A stretch of DNA of 64,000 nucleotides from Squalus acanthias. Taxonomy: Eukaryota. Below are positions 62,580-64,000 of this stretch, piece after piece (the stretch's first letter is position 1; each line of letters opens with the position of its first letter). The stretch covers positions 62,001 to 126,000 of the forward strand of contig JASTWF010000810.1 in assembly GCA_030390025.1 (NCBI GenBank). Reading direction: 5' to 3'. The notes under the pieces are model-generated. The model saw nothing but the letters and a program-made list of their open reading frames with translations. It was not told the DNA's origin and did no database searches. The position numbers and the translations under genes are program-made.

Positions 62580-63114
62580 TCTTGGGGTCTCGGTAGATTT
62601 GTCTGCAATGTGTAATATCACTACAGCAGGGGTATAAGGACAGAAGAAAAGACCATTTGACGCATTGACTTCAGCTCTAGAAAACCAGCACCCCCCAGCC
62701 AAGGCACCGCCTGTATGGTGAACTCCTCCAATATCTGGAATTCATCCCATTACCTGGTGGATCATTCCAAATGTTGGTCACCCTTTGAGTTAGAAATGCA
62801 CTTTTCATTCATTTTAATGAGGTCTCTTTTTCTTCACTTGGCATGACAGGACTCAGTGAAATATTCTGGGTTCACCTTCTCTGTGTCAATGATTGGCTTT
62901 CTTTTCTATCAATGTTTTGCATCAATTACAAAGTGAGGAGTGTGGGGTGTGACAGACGTGTGCTAGACCCAAGGTTTCTTTCTGTGTAGTGGTGGACCTC
63001 TCATGAGATGACATGTTGGGTGAGGTGGGGTAATGGTGGAGGTGAGGTGCTGTGATTGAAGGTGTTGATGTCGTACAGCAAGTAGTTTCTGAATGAAGTG
63101 AGAGATTGAATTTG

Positions 63115-64000
63115 TGTGGGTGTGAGATTGCAGATGGTGAGTGATGGGGAGTGTGGTGTGTCTGAGAGTACGGGAGTGGTGTGTGAGATCGAGATGGTGA
63201 GTGATGGGGAGTGTGGTGTGTCTGAGAGTACGGGAGTGGTATGTGAGATCGAGATGGTGATTGATGGGGTAGGTGGTGTGTCTGAGAGTATGGGAGTGGT
63301 GTGTGAGATCGAGATGGTGAGTGATGGGGTAGGTGGTGTGTCTGAGAGTACGGGTGTGGTGTGTGAGATCGAGATGGTGAGTGATCGGGTAGGTGGTGTG
63401 TCTGAGAGTATGGGAGTGGTGTGTGAGATCGAGATGGTGAGTGATGGGTAGGTGGTGTGTCTGAGAGTACGGGAGTGGTGTGTGAGATCGAGATGGTGAG
63501 TGATGGGGAGTGTGGTGTGTCTGAGAGTACGGGAGTGGTGTATGAGATCGAGATGGTCAGTGATGGGGAGTGTGGTGTGTCTGAGAGTACGGGAGTGGTG
63601 TGTGAGATCGAGATGGTGAGTGATGGGGAGTGTCATGTGTCTGAGAATACGGGAGTGGTGTGTGAGCTCGAGATGGTGAGTGATGGGGAGTGTGGTGTGG
63701 TGTGTCTGAGAGTACAGGAGTGGTGTGTGTGATCGAGGTGGTGAGTGATGGGGAGTGTGGTGTGTCTGAGAGTACAGGTGTGGTGTGTGAGATTGGAGAT
63801 GAGGAGTGATGGGGAGTGTGGTGTGTCTGAGAGTACGGGTGTGGTGTGTGTGATCGAGATGGTCAGTGATGGGGAGTGTGGTGTGTCTGAGAGTACGGGT
63901 GTGGTGTGTGTGATCGAGATGGTGAGTGATGGGGAGTGTGGTGTGTCTGAGAGTACGGGTGTGGTGTGTGTGATCGAGATGGTGAGTGATGGGGAGTGTG
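63115..64000. repeat. 60-bp GT-rich minisatellite, ~14-15 copies, running off the window end
   Basis: Unit GGTGTGTGAGATCGAGATGGTGAGTGATGGGGAGTGTGGTGTGTCTGAGAGTACGGGAGT is directly visible. Confidence 0.97.

Noticed and set aside
62580-62702. N-terminal extension of the 1679-aa ORF
   Set aside because: It starts at TTG and crosses a likely splice acceptor at 62603. ATG 62579 has strong Kozak context and gives MROH1-like length.
63001-63732. Mucin-like and Cys-rich repeat ORFs
   Set aside because: Translations of the 60-bp tandem repeat, with no splice or start support.

Overview
Eukaryotic, repeat-rich DNA, most likely from a cartilaginous fish (shark-type CR1 LINEs, V-SINE and Deu-SINE copies, Harbinger transposons). 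Host genes: (1) a complete 7-exon immunoglobulin-superfamily receptor on the minus strand (CDS 8272->687, 369 aa, reconstructed by hand from splice sites). It has a leader, a single-exon V domain with a germline J-like G strand, a C1-set domain, a TM segment with an NKp30-like arginine, and a SIRP-alpha-like tail with four tyrosine motifs. (2) A pseudogenised paralogue on the plus strand (36237-~36667), oriented head-to-head with it. (3) An intact MROH1-like HEAT-repeat gene with an intronless ~1638-aa coding region (62579->57663). Mobile DNA includes a degenerate env-bearing LTR element (15357-21308; tRNA-Leu PBS, coiled-coil gag, protease, mostly deleted pol, env remnant), a near-intact full-length CR1 LINE with ORF1 fused to ORF2 at a candidate -1 frameshift signal, a CR1 nested antisense inside another CR1, a Penelope-like inverted repeat with two hammerhead ribozyme motifs, many Harbinger remnants and three minisatellites. 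All family assignments come from motif recognition, not database searches, and transposon boundaries are approximate.
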